A stretch of 63,892 nt of DNA, filler included, from Octopus bimaculoides (Eukaryota), in NCBI RefSeq assembly GCF_001194135.2. It is 5 parts of 4 records of this genome, joined end to end, with 100 filler letters (N's around TTAATTAATTAA, not from the genome) between each part and the next. Parts side by side here need not be neighbours in the genome. Positions count along the whole stretch, not along the records: positions 1 to 13,283 come from NC_068997.1; positions 13,384 to 42,301 come from NC_068985.1; 3 more parts are not named here. One strand, written 5' to 3'. Positions within the stretch are counted from its first letter, which is position 1; each line of letters opens with the position of its first letter. Under the pieces are notes generated by a model. The model had not been told where the DNA came from and made no database searches. It worked only from the letters and a program-made list of their open reading frames with translations. Both the position numbers and the translations under genes were made by a program. Positions 13,047 through 24,904 of this stretch are shown here, piece after piece.

Positions 13047-13283
13047 TGTTATTTCTTTACTACCCACAAGGGGCTACACACGGAGGGGACAAACAAAGAC
13101 AGACAAACAGATTAAGTCAATTATATCCACCCCAGTGGGTAACTGGTACTTATTTAATCGACCCCGAAAGGATGAACGGCAAAGTCGACCTCCGCGGAAT
13201 TTTAACTCAGAACGTAGCGGCAGACGAAATACCGCTAAGCATTTCGCCCGGCGTGCTAACGTTTCTGCCAGCTCGCCACCTTT
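13040..13283 (-). mobile_element. SINE family A, well-preserved copy
   Basis: Reverse complement ggtggcgagctggcagaaacgttagcacgccgggcgaaatgcttagcggtatttcg...; CpG-rich, so likely young. Confidence 0.85.
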
Positions 13284-13383
13284 NNNNNNNNNNNNNNNNN
13301 NNNNNNNNNNNNNNNNNNNNNNNNNNNTTAATTAATTAANNNNNNNNNNNNNNNNNNNNNNNNNNNNNNNNNNNNNNNNNNNN

Positions 13384-14150
13384 GACAACTGCTGTAATCG
13401 GATCCCTACGTCGTCGGGGAATCCATTTACAAACGCCAGCCGCGCCGCTCTGTCCAGGCCTTCTCCCGTAAACCCAGCCAGCGTGGCCAGTCTTCGCACT
13501 TCCGCCGCGTATTCATCCACCTGTTCTCCCCTTCATCTAATCGTTCCTAGTTTTACGAAGGCAGCGTACTCGCTCTCCGTATATGCCTCTCTCAGCCTCC
13601 GTTCGATGTTCTCTGCACTTAATCTTTCTTCCTCATCCATTTCTAGGTAGAGGGTCAGGGCGCTCCCTTCCAAGTACAGAGCCATGAGACTCGCCACATT
13701 ACTTATTCCTTGCAGCTTGGCAACGAGTCTAATTTTTGGTATCCAAGCCATCACATCTCCTTTGCCATTAAAAGGCCTGATCACATCGCTGGCGATCCTA
13801 ATCTTGGTGGCTGCCATCGCGGCGAATTTCTGCACGTGGTGCCAAAATAGCTTGTGGTGTGTACGTACGAGTAGATGTAATCGCCTTACCTCGGTTTTCC
13901 TTTCCTCGACTGCGAGTCCGTCTTGCGGTATCCGATCCTTGAAGCTTGCCCCGACCCAAAGTACACCAGGAATAGCAGCTGCTTCTCCCAAACCTCCCAA
14001 ACTTGGACTGTCGCTTAACACGTCTTGTCCTGACCGCAGCCCCGTTCGAAAAGGGCACGAATGCTGATCGAGGCTCCCTCTGCCCTTTTTTCCCCTTCCG
14101 GTCGACTCGCCCTTCCGGTCAGCCTCCCCAGACACTGACGTCATACCACA
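13384..14150 (-). mobile_element. Ty3/Gypsy LTR retrotransposon 5' end: LTR plus gag, remainder in gap
   Basis: gag from ATG at 13817: MAATKIRIASDVIRPFNGKGDVMAWIPKIRLVAKLQ...LYLEGSALTLYLEM...TIR*RGEQVDEYAAEVRRLATLAGF...AFVNGFPDDV; one in-frame TGA at 13533-13535 where Trp is expected. Confidence 0.85.
13853..14150 (-). repeat. Gypsy LTR (298 bp)
   Basis: Minus strand begins TGTGGTATGACG and ends CGTACACCACA (TG...CA with 6-bp perfect inverted termini); lies 36 nt upstream of the gag ATG. Confidence 0.75.
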
Positions 14151-14340
14151 GTCATATCTATTGTAAGGTAACAAACTGGCAAAGTCATTAAAATATTGGA
14201 TAGAATGTCTTGTGGTATTTGATCTTACTTTCTATGCTCTGAATTGAAATCTTGTCAAGGTCAGTTTTGCTTTTTAGCTTTTCTAGCTTGCAGATTGATA
14301 TAAAAGGTGGATACAAAGAACTTGCAGAGCATTGACTGAT

Positions 14341-14442
14341 ATGTCTGGCAGTGTTAGTACTAGTTCTTTGCATTCTGATGGCAACATTTGTGAAGACACT
14401 GATGCCAAGCTGTATCGGTCTTTCTCTTGGACAACTACTATG
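14341..14442 (+). CDS. Candidate first coding exon of an unidentified host gene
   Basis: Pyrimidine-rich acceptors upstream (ttttctag, ttgcag); ATG-MSGSVSTSSLHSDGNICEDTDAKLYRSFSWTTTM then gtgtgg donor; no homology recognised. Confidence 0.25.
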
Positions 14443-14582
14443 GTGTGGAGCAACAGCTAGCTTTCCCCCCCCCCCCCGAAAAACAAGTAACAACCTATAG
14501 ATACAGATACATTGTCAACCCTGAACAAAGGAGGACCTAGATATCTATTATATATGCCTGTTATCATGTAATCTTTTATGTA

Positions 14583-14613
<31 letters not shown>

Positions 14614-15089
14614 TTGTGTGTGTGTGGGTGCATGCATGTGTACATAGGTAGGATCTTTTTGTAATCAACATAACTAAGTCCCTAACTACGATTATTTACT
14701 TCATACCTGATTTAAGATTATGTAATAACTAATAGTACATTTCATCTTGCAACTAGTTTAAAGTCTTCAGTTTTTATCTGCTCCAACTGAAACTTGAAAT
14801 AAATAAATAAATAAAAAATAAAGAAAATAACCTGATTAACATGTTCCATATTGTGAAGTACATTTTGTCTCCTTATTTAATTTTTTTTTTTTTAATATGA
14901 AATATATCATATTCCAACATTGCTTATTTGTAATTAAAGTAAAATATTTTATCAACAGTGGATACTGACTTACATGACAAATAATGATATAGATTTAACA
15001 TGTGTTTTCTTGACAATTTTTCACATATGAAACCTGAGTTAGTACATCACTTGTTTGACATACATGTTTGTTTACTAATATCACACAAT

Positions 15090-16810
15090 GATCACCATCA
15101 CCATCATCATTTAGCATCTGCTTTGCATGTTGGCATAGGTTAGATGCTTTAGCTAAAACTGGTAAACTGGAGGGCTGCATCAGACTCCAGTCTAATTTGG
15201 CACGATTTCTATGGCTAGATGCATATCTCCAAAGGTATTGGTCTCCTGTCATTGCCTCTGTGAGGCCCAACATTCGAAGGTCATGCTTCATCACCTCATC
15301 CCATGTCTTCCTGGGTCTACCTCTTCCACAGGTTCCTTCTACAGTTAGGGTGTGGTACTTCTTCACACAGCTGTCCTCATCCATACACAACGCATGACCA
15401 TACCAGCACGATCGTCTCTCTTGCATACTACAACTGATGCTTCTTATGTCCAACTTTTCTCTCAGGGCACTCACACTTTGTTATGTATGCACACTGATAT
15501 TACACATCCAGTGGATCATACTAGCTTCATTTCTTTCAAGCCTAAGCATGTCTTCAGCATTCATAGCCCATATTTCACTGCCATGTATCATGGTAGTTCA
15601 CACACATGCATCATACAGTCTACCTTTCATCCTGACCGAGAGGCCTATAGTTGCCAGCAGAGATAGGAGCTCCCTGAACTTTGCTCAGGCTAGGCTTATT
15701 CTAGCTGCTACACTCTCAGAGCAACCACCCCAACTACAGACTTGGTCACCTAGGTAGTGGAAGCTATTAACTACTTCTAGTTTTTCCCACTGGCATGAGA
15801 TGGAATCTATTTTCTGTACATCTTCAGTGTTTATTGCCCCTGTGCATCCACCAGACACTAAAACTATCTTCCCGGTTAACCTTCCTTTGATATTGCTGCA
15901 CCTTTTATGTGTCCATAGCTTACACAGGGTACAGCATGTAGAGTTTCTACCCATTCCTTTTCTACAGATCGAGTATGGGCCATCTACTTAAGGGGGTTTG
16001 TGATTTGTCAGCCTTCCTACTCACTAAGACTTTGGTTTTTTTCTAGGTTAACCCTAAGGCCCTTCAAATCTAGACCTTGCTTCCACACCCTAAACTTTGT
16101 CTCTAGTTCTGATAGTGATTTGGCTATTAGAGCAAGGTCATCAGCATAGAGGAGCTCCTAGGGGCAGCCTGTCTTGAATTCCTCTGTTATTGCCTGGAGG
16201 ACTATAATGAATAAGAAGGAGTTGAGGACTGATCCTTGTTGAACCCCTATTTCTACCTGGAATTCTTCACTATACTTGTTGCCAACCCTCACCTTACTGA
16301 AAGCATCCCTGTACAGGACTTGTACAGCTCTTACCAATCACTTGTGTATCCCCAATTTCTGCATTGACTACCAGATAAGGGATTGGGGTACCCTGTCAAA
16401 AGCTTTCTCCAAGTCAACAAAAGTCAAGTACAGAGGTTTATCTTTGGCTAGATATTTCTTCTGCAGTTGCCTGGCACAAAACCAAACTGCATCTCATCTA
16501 GGCTAACTCTCTCTCTGTAACTTTCATCACCTGATCCAATAAAGTGATACACTTGTAGTTATTTCTATCTAAAGCATCACCTTTACCTTTGTAGCAGTTG
16601 ACTATGGTGCTGCTACACCAGTCATTGGGTATGACTCCTTCATGAACTATCTGATTTACAATGCAGGGGAAAAGACCATAACCCACACTGCCTGATATTC
16701 TAAGCATCTCAGCAGTGATTCTTGATGGGTCAGGTGCTTTCCCTGCCTTCATACTCTGAATTGCTTTATCTACCAGGGTACTGTCAATTCGAGTAGCTGG
16801 TCCCTCAATT
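15090..16810 (-). mobile_element. RTE-clade LINE (RT, PHD-like finger, C-terminus, 3' tail), frameshifted
   Basis: KAPDPSRITAEML..IPNDWCSSTIVNCYKGKGDAL; LDFVDLEKAFD-like motif; GVQQGSVL; LLYADD; CTLCKLWTHKRC; GTCGRGRPRKTW; (CAT)n-type tail near 15095. Confidence 0.92.
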
Positions 16811-16835
16811 ATATATATATATATATATATATATA

Positions 16836-16990
16836 CGACGGGCTTCTTTCAGTTTCCGTCTACCAAATTCACCCACAAGGCTCAGGTCAGTCCAAGGCTA
16901 TAGTAGAAGGCACTTGCCCAAAGTGCCACGCAGTGAGACTGAACCCACAGCCATATGATTAGTAAGCAAGCTACTCACCACACAGCCACA
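16836..16990 (-). mobile_element. tRNA-derived SINE family B, 5' half
   Basis: Reverse complement gtggctgtgtggtgagtagcttgctt...gggttcagtctcactgcgtggcactttgggcaagtgccttctactatagcc, homologous to 20085-20435. Confidence 0.8.
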
Positions 16991-16992
16991 TA

Positions 16993-18235
16993 CAGGGTGT
17001 CCCAGAAAGATTTACCCATTGATATTTCTTAGATATTCAAAGTAATCATAAGGTAGGATAATGAAATTTGGCACACACATTCTAATGTAAATTGTCAATC
17101 CATTGCAGTAATTACATTTCAGAATGACCACCTTAATCACATCCTGCAAATGAGTGGTCACTGAGTTGCATGAGTGCTGTACTACCTCTTCATTCAACTT
17201 GACCCATGAAGACAGAAGGGTTTTCTTCAGATCTGACACATTTGAATAGGAGCAAGCAGAAACATTACTCTCTAAGATGAACCAGATAGCAAAATCCATG
17301 GGATTGATGTCTGAACTTGAGGGACTCATTGTCTTGTCCCAAAAACTGCTGAAATGCTTTTTGTACCACCTCTGTGTCAAACAGGATGTGAGGGCTGGAG
17401 CCCTATCTTAAGTGAAGATGTAATGGTCACCAAAGGTTTCTGTCACCCAGGGTACATTTTCTCGTCCAACATTTCCTCATAAACTTCACTGTTGAACTTG
17501 ACACCAGCATCAATGAAGATCAAGGAAGATTTGGACCCATCAGATGCAACTATGGCACTATGAGTGAAGCTGGCTTCTGATGGCATAAGTGACTCCTGCT
17601 ACGTTTGGGTAAGTCTCCTGCATTACATGCATAAAGCCTGTCATTCTGCCATAGTGAAGATCTTCTCATTGGACCAGATTAACATTTGATAGCAGCATGC
17701 TTTATCTCAGCTAACATGGCTTTACCCCTGTTGAGCTATTTCTTGGAAGCTACTGAAATTAACTGTCAAGATTGTTTCTAGTATGCAGTTAGCTTTAAAT
17801 CCTCTTTAAAAATCCTGTACATTGACAATTTCGAAATATCATGAGCTTTTGCAGTTTCTCTTGCATTCCTGAGGGGATTTCAATTCATTCACTTTTTTAC
17901 AGCCTCAACAGTTTGTTTGGTACAAATTGATCACTTCCTACCAAGAATTGATTTTCTAGAGGTAGTAGCATATGTCATTTTTAAGTATTGGACACTGTTT
18001 TACAGCATACATTCAACTATTTTATTATGTCCTTGTTGCTCACTCCAGCTGTTTTCAAAGTGACAATCTGGTCACGTTCTGCTTTGAATGCCATGTTTAT
18101 TTACAAGCCTGTTATAGATGAACTAAAAGCAATAGACACATGAACAAAAGACATATGCAAATCTTTATGTAAAATATAGATAATATTATCTGAACTGATA
18201 TTCTTTAGGAAGAGTTTTAAACATGGGATATCCTG
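16993..18235 (-). mobile_element. Full-length-sized Tc1/mariner relic of the maT (DD37D) type
   Basis: TA then TIR CAGGGTGTCCCA at 16993 and degenerate TGGGATATCCTG ending 18235; transposase remnant D-RAPALTS...SPSSSDINPM-D with 36 residues between the Asps (consistent with DD37D after loss of the Trp codon of WPPSSPD); FAIWFILESNV. Confidence 0.8.
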
Positions 18236-18449
18236 TTGATATTGTTATATTCTGGGATGGTCATTTTCTTTTTCTTTGCTAAATAAATATTCACACTATA
18301 TATTCACTCTTCACTTCAGCTTTATTATTATTCTTATTCTAGTGTCCTTCCTCTGAAATCTTTTGTCAGACATCATGTGACCTCATCAGCAGCTGCCTAT
18401 CCCATGTGTCTCCTCTTGTTCTGTTTAATCCACATATATGCATATTTAT

Positions 18450-18595
18450 ACACATTGAGCTTCTTTTAGTTTCCATCTACCAAAATCACTCATAAGACTT
18501 TGGTTGACTGAGGGCTATAGCAGAAGACACTCACCCAAGGTGCCATGCAGTAAGATTGAGGAAACAAACTTCTTACCACACAACCATGCCTGCAC
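18450..18595 (-). mobile_element. SINE family B fragment
   Basis: cagtttccatctaccaaaatcactcataagactttgg...gacactcacccaaggtgccatgcag. Confidence 0.7.
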
Positions 18596-18779
18596 CAATT
18601 TTTATGATATGAATACCTGGAAACAGAAACAGCAGTGTTCATTACAACATTTTCTAGATATTTAAGGAATTTTAAAGATGGTTCTCTTTCTTTTCTAACT
18701 GGGGTAACCCTGTATCTTCTCTATTGTAAGACACCTATTCCTTTCCTTCTATCTCTATCATACTTTAACCTTTCATCAC

Positions 18780-19005
18780 TTGGCATAAAGCCACTTTCTT
18801 CAATACTTTTCCCCTCTCTCTGTGGAAGGCTTTTGTCTCACGAGTTACTTGGTGACCTGACAAGATGCATCCAGTACACTCTGTAAGCTGTTTGGCATTA
18901 GGAGGGGCATCCAGCTATAGAAACCATGCTGAAGCAGACATTGGAGCTTAGTCCTTTGGCTTGCCAGCTCCAGTGAAACCTTTTAGCCTATGCTGTGATG
19001 ATGTT
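18780..19005 (+). mobile_element. RTE 3'-tail-derived short element
   Basis: ggcattaggaggggcatccagctatagaaaccatgc core and (GAT) tail remnant. Confidence 0.6.
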
Positions 19006-19331
19006 GCTTTAATTGGTTGATTATAATCCTGTTCAAAAATTTTCATTGAGCTTTTTCTGAGTGTGTTTCTTTATATTTATTTCATTTGATTGAGTTGTTT
19101 GTTAATACCTATTCACCAGATGGTTGTCTTTTTTCTTCCTGTTTCTGCTCAAAGTATAACTCCTTGTTGTCATCAGTGTTGATATCGATGTTGGTGTCAT
19201 CGGTGGAACCAGCAGTGTCAGTGTCATTGGCAGTGACATTGTTGTCTTTATTGTTATTTAACATCTATAATGGAAGGAAGGTTTTTTTTTTAATACTTTT
19301 GGGGTATCCTCTTCTTCCATTATAATTATTC

Positions 19332-19721
19332 TGTTGATTGAAGGAGCTGAAATATGAAGAATGAAGTTCTCAGGCAGAATAAATTCAATAACTGTTTATT
19401 CACAGATGCTTCATACAGGGGGTTTGCTTTCAGTAACCGTCTTCACAGAAGTGCGTAGTTAGCCTTCTCTCCCATACACATGAGGTTCAATAACCTCTGG
19501 AGACAATGCATGTGGTATCACAGCAGGACAAAAGTCCACTGTGAGCTTCTGGCTTCTAAGTCTTGCTCACGTCAGTATGAGAAGAATGAGAGGGAAAATG
19601 TTGTCTTTTCCTTAAATAATTGCTGCAGGTGAGATCTCGTTTTTGTCTCACGTATGGCAATAGTTGCAGGCGAGATCTTGCTGTTTCAAAATGGTGCTGG
19701 CTTCTTTGTGCCTCGCTACAC
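19332..19721 (-). mobile_element. Possible solo LTR
   Basis: Bounded by TG...CA (tgttgattg...gctacaca), AATAAA on the minus strand near 19388-19393, no coding; TSD not verified. Confidence 0.35.
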
Positions 19722-20084
19722 ATCCATGCTGGTATGGGCTTGACTATTTAGAAATCGATTGAATAAATTTTCTAACCTTGGTAGTTATTTACAGCCAGGT
19801 ATATTGAGCTATTGAGGTTTATGTGAATTTGCCATGGTGAGCTGAAGCAATAGGATAAAATTCTATTGATTATTTGTTCAGACCACGTCAGTATGAAAGA
19901 CAAAATGTTAAATGATGGTGATGATGGTGATGACAATGATGATGATATTCAGCACTATTAACTCTGAGCTGTGTGCATGCATGTATGCACACAGTTTGCA
20001 AACACTGCACAAAAGCTATTAATATGTATATGAAAGGTTAATGTAAAATAATATAATAATTAATAATTAATAATTATTATACAG

Positions 20085-20435
20085 GAGTGGATGTGTGGTA
20101 AGAAGCTTGCTTCCCAACCACATGATTCCCAGTTCAGTCCCACTGCGTGGCACCTTGGGCAAGTGTCTTATACTATAGCCTTGGGCCAACCAAAGCCTTG
20201 TGATGGAAACTGAAAAAAGCTTGTCATATATATATATTATATATATATATATGTATGTATTTGTGTGTCTGAGTTTGTCTCCTTCATCATCGCTTGACAA
20301 CTGATGTTGGTGTGTTTACATCCCTGTAACTTAGCAGCTCAGCAAAAGAGACCGATAGAATAAGTACCAGGCTTACAAAGAATAAGCATGGTCACAGTCA
20401 AATGACTGAAACAAGTAAAAGAAATAAAAGAAAAT
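20085..20435 (+). mobile_element. SINE family B, full length
   Basis: tRNA-like head (gtgtggtaagaagcttgcttcccaaccacatgattcccagttcagtccc), internal (TA)n, tail cagtcaaatgactgaaacaagtaaaagaaataaaag. Confidence 0.85.
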
Positions 20436-20439
20436 TCAA

Positions 20440-20735
20440 TCGCTGGACCGGCTCCTGTGCAGGTGGCATGTAAAATACACCATTTCGAGCATGGCCATTG
20501 CCAGTACCTCCTGACTGGCCTTCGTGCTGGTGGCATGTAAAAACACCCACTACAATCTCGGAGTGGTTGGTATTAGGAAGGGCATCCAGCTGTAGAAACT
20601 CTGCCAAATCAGATTGGAGCCTGGTGTAGCCATCTGGCTTGCCAGTCCTCAGTCAAATTGTCCAACCCATGCTGGCATGGAAGGCGGACGTTAAACGACG
20701 ACGACGACGACGACGATGATGATGATGATGATGTT
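20440..20735 (+). mobile_element. RTE 3'-tail-derived short element
   Basis: ggaagggcatccagctgtagaaactctgccaaatcagattggagcc...ggcggacgttaaacgacgac(gat)n. Confidence 0.8.
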
Positions 20736-21606
20736 TGTCGCTAAAAAAACAAAAATTGCACAGCATAAGATTTTTAGTTTATACTGATAGCTAAAAAAAT
20801 TAGTGGAAACATTGCTCTTTAGAATGTACTTTAACAATCCAGATGGAGGTCCTTATAAAATCAAAATAAGGAAAAAAACAACAACAGAAATATATATATA
20901 TATATTAATCAAAGTTTATATAGAATGACAAAAAGTACAAAGAAAACAAAAAACAATAAACTGCATACGAAAAAGACAATTTAAAACAGCAAACAAATAT
21001 ATTGTTTATTGAAATCTAACATTACGTCATAATTTGTTTACAATAATAATTTTAAAAAATAAGTAAAAGCTTTGTAATCAACCTTCAAGTACCTTTATTT
21101 GTTATTGTTGACATTGTTTTGATATTTGTTAATAGTGTTTCTATGATTAAGAGTCTTGTGGTTTAATTCTACTTATATTGCTGATAATATTAAAAGTATT
21201 TTGTTGCATCTGAAGACATATGTCAGTAGACCAGATTTTCATAGCACATACTTGTAAATATTTGTTTTTCTTCTGAGCAAGCTGATATTAACTACTAATG
21301 CATTGTTTCTCATAGTAGACAAATTGCTATGTTTAACCCTTTCAATATGGAAAGCTGATATAACTACACAAAACTTTACTACTGTTAACTGTAGAAAGTA
21401 GTCTTACTCCACAGCTTTTGGAAAAAAACCCTTGTTACGCAGCAAGAAGTGGAGATGTCCCCAGTGACAGCTTCTACAAAGCACAATTTTTCAAATTTTC
21501 TTAAATTTTTCACACATTTCATCAATTATCTCCTTACTGAGCCTAAATAGAATACTTTTAGTGGTAGGTATGAAAACAGGAGAAACTGAAGAAGATACAG
21601 CAAATA

Positions 21607-21785
21607 TTGGTTTCAAATTTTGGCACAAGGCCAGCAAGTTCAGGGGTGATGTTAAATCAAGTACATCCCTAAGGATGAAAGGCAAAGTCAACCTTGGTAG
21701 AATTTGAACTCAGAACATAAAGACGAATGAAATGCCATTAAACATTTAGCCAGGTGTGCTAACAGTTCAGCCAGCTCACCACCTT
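21607..21785 (-). mobile_element. SINE family A, internally deleted
   Basis: ggatgaaaggcaaagtcaaccttggtagaatttgaactcagaac...gtgctaacagttcagccagctcaccacc. Confidence 0.75.
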
Positions 21786-21827
21786 AGATACAGCGAATGT
21801 TAATTCCACCTTTTAGTAGATAATTAA

Positions 21828-23339
21828 CCCCTTACGGTCCATAGATGCCATATGGCAACTAAAAAAGTTATGTTCTGTAAAATATCATAAATTGCTTCCA
21901 TTGTCCAATGAAATATGTAATTGGAATCTCCTATGATGCTTTTCATTCTTGAGCATATCAAGATGACAGCTGTGAGCTTGTATGGACCTGGAAAGCTAGT
22001 GCAGTTAACCTTGATATTTATGTCAACATAGGAAGTAAGTTTGACCATTTACTATTGTTATTGTATGAAGTTTATGTTTCTTGATAGATTACTGTTATAC
22101 AGGGTAAAGTTAGTACTTATGTATTAAATACGTTGCATGCTGTGCAACAAATATAATGAAAGTGATAGAAGAAGGTTTTTCTTTTAGTTGCCATATGGCA
22201 ACCTTGAACTTCAAGAGTTAGGTTTTACTACAAAAATAAGTGTAATGCCTGTTCATGTTTTTGACCTTTTATATTTATATAGATATGTGGAATGTGTTGT
22301 AAGTTGCTTACAACAAAGTCTCTTACCCAGTGGGAGGCTGAGTTTGTTGTAATTCCCCACCTTACAACATTACCATTCAACTCTATTGTTTGTACACATT
22401 CGAACCCTGACTCTTGTCACTTATCAATCAAAGCTTGTTTTTGTGTCCTTTGTGTCATTATATTTACTTCAAAGGAGAGTTGTTACACAACAGAAGAGGT
22501 TCTTCAGTATATTCTCTCTGGTGATGAAGACTCAGATATAGCTGAGTTGCCAGATTCAGATGAAGATGATACACCTGAAATCACAGAGCGGTTTCTACTT
22601 GTGAGAACGATGATGACAGGAATGAGCAGAATATGATTGGTTAAGACGTAGAGGTTATGAATTTTGACAACTGTTCTATTTCACAGTCAGATTTGTAAAT
22701 TGGTGGTCCCTGTACTGCAGACAATCCAGTCTCTAATAATCTTCTCAGTGGTTTCCATGTAACTCATCAATATCAATCAGCTCTTTCACTGGTCTCCACA
22801 AACGCTTCTTGCTCCATCGATAACACAGATTCAAATTCAACTGAGATACCTGAATCTGAATCTTCTGAATTATATAGGGATTCAGATGTTGAGGACATGA
22901 CCATAGAAAATTTGCTGAAAAATCATAAATTCTGTTGGCGGAATATGGAACCACTGAAATGGACCACAAAATTTCAAGGAGGACCATTTTCTTTGCCACC
23001 AGATGATTTTGATGAGCTTTCACCATATGATCTGTTCTCCAAATTCTGGTCCAACAATATAACAGAGCTTGTAGAACAAACGAACTTACCAGGTCATGGT
23101 AGTCAGGAACAGATGAGAGCAGGAAATGTTGCTGTGCCATATACTGTATCCTGGTAAAAGCGATCATTTATGTTCCGTTCAGGTCTAAAGTTGCCATATG
23201 GCAACAAAAAGACATCTTGATACCTGGATAACTGAGGCAAAAACTTTTTGCAGCATTTTGATATATTTGTCTAACAGATATTTTGGTACAAAGAAAAAAA
23301 TCTTTTCACTATCTCCTTCTAAGGGTGGGCTGTAAAGGG
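21828..23339 (+). mobile_element. Internally deleted piggyBac-superfamily element (1512 bp)
   Basis: TTAA at 21824-21827 and 23340-23343; termini CCCCTTACGGTCCA / TGGGCTGTAAAGGG; transposase N-terminal remnants YTTEEVLQYILSGDEDSDIAELPDSDED and SPYDLFSKFWSNNITELVEQTNL; catalytic domain absent. Confidence 0.85.
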
Positions 23340-24064
23340 TTAACATCATTATAAGAATGACCATGAAATATAATTAAACAGTCAAAGGATAACTAAATCT
23401 AAGGTTTAAAATTTTTAAAACTTGTCTAACCTTATAGTGAAGAAAGAGGAATTATAGGGATGTAAACATTGCTATATTTTTTCATCAATAAAGAGGGAAA
23501 GCAAAAATATTTTGTTAATATTTTCAGTAGTGAGAATTTGGTATTTGTTAGTTCGATAACCACTGACCTATAGGACTTAAAGTTTTAGTTATTAGGTCAC
23601 CAAGCATTTGGGAAATCATTAATACCACAATACCACCTACTTATCTAAAAATGATAGAAACGTATCCAGACCTATAGAATCTTAATTTTCAGTTGTTAGG
23701 TCACCACCAAACATACAGGAAAACATAAATATTTCAACAACCATTATAATGATATTTATTTAACATGCAATGAAGTTGATTGATGGATCTCAATGTTAAT
23801 AGCCATAATAAATTGTAGAAGTTGTAAAAATTATTTTGCTGCAATACATTATGCTGTGGGGGATGGCCATGTTAGTCACAGATTTACTAAACTAATAAAC
23901 TGGCATGTCTTCACCATCTAAATATAAACTAAAATTCATTCAGTTAGTAATTCCATTACATCAGACAGGGACTGCATTTTCTTTTACCTGAAGAAGGATT
24001 GTATAAGTTTATTGTCCATGTAGTAAACTACAAAATTCTTACATTCTCTCAATTTTCTGTAATT

Positions 24065-24470
24065 TGGACTATCTCATGGCCCCAGCAGACAAAATGGAAC
24101 AGGCATTTCCTCTGATGACAGCAAGGGAGATAAGCTGGAACAACCACTGTAACTCATAGGGCTCACATTTGCAGATAACCATCTCTGCCCTGATAGTGGC
24201 GAGCAGGGTTATGGTCTGGGGGCCAAGAAAGCTGGAGGTCTCCACTGCCACAGGCTCAACCATAAACCTGTCAGATAGGGACCAATACTTTGATAATTTT
24301 CCTTTCTCAGCCTGATGAACAGCAGAGCCTGGGCTGGTATCTCAACACACCAAGTTGCATGTGGCATTTCAGATGAGGGCCTGCCACTATGGAATGAGAA
24401 AACTCACACCGTCAGGCCTTTTGCCTTCCTCTTGGCCTAGTTCTAGTGGTTAGAGCTGGGAAGGAGAACA
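24065..24470 (-). mobile_element. CRE-like non-LTR element, restriction-like endonuclease C-terminus
   Basis: GKRPDGVSFLIP*..ALI*NATC...PGSAVHQAEKGKLSKYWSLSDRFMVEPVAVETSSFLGP...WLFQLISLAVIRGNACSIL. Confidence 0.8.
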
Positions 24471-24648
24471 TCCTATATATATATATATATACAAGATGTT
24501 CATAAATTATCTTTACAACTTCCACAATTTATTGTATCAATAAAGTTGAAATCTATCAATCAACTTCTTTACATATTAAATAAATATTATTAAAGTTTTA
24601 ATCTATGTACTTTGTTTTAATATTTAAACCACTTTCGTTTGTGTTTAA

Positions 24649-24868
24649 CCCTGTCGTTACCAACCCGGCTGAAACCGGCTCTGACTCTGAGTACAAATGT
24701 CTTGTTTTCATAAGTTTTGAATTAAAATCTTCCACCAAACCTTAGTCACAATTTATGTTCCTAACACTAGCTGAATGATAACTAAGTTATTTTACTAAAT
24801 TCTTTATTATATTTAAAGTAATTGAAAGAAACACAGAACATCTCAAAATAAATACAGTAACAAAAGGG
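24649..24868. mobile_element. TTAA-flanked MITE (piggyBac-type), 220 bp
   Basis: TTAA-CCCTGTCGTTAC ... GTAACAAAAGGG-TTAA. Confidence 0.85.
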
Positions 24869-24904
24869 TTAAAGGTGTTTATTATTAACCCTGACTTTTA
24901 ATGA

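Noticed and set aside
13328-13339. TTAATTAATTAA between N runs (also ~42346, ~54577, ~62653)
   Set aside because: Identical 12-mer always flanked by Ns, with stops in all six frames; an assembly spacer, not biology
13533-14174. 213-aa ORF reading through the LTR into gag
   Set aside because: The N-terminal ~120 codons are GC-rich LTR sequence from a non-ATG start; gag starts at 13817
19118-19268. Asp/Thr-rich candidate minus-strand exon (MLNNNKDNNVTANDTDT...)
   Set aside because: Largely decayed trinucleotide-like repeat; splice sites plausible but no other support
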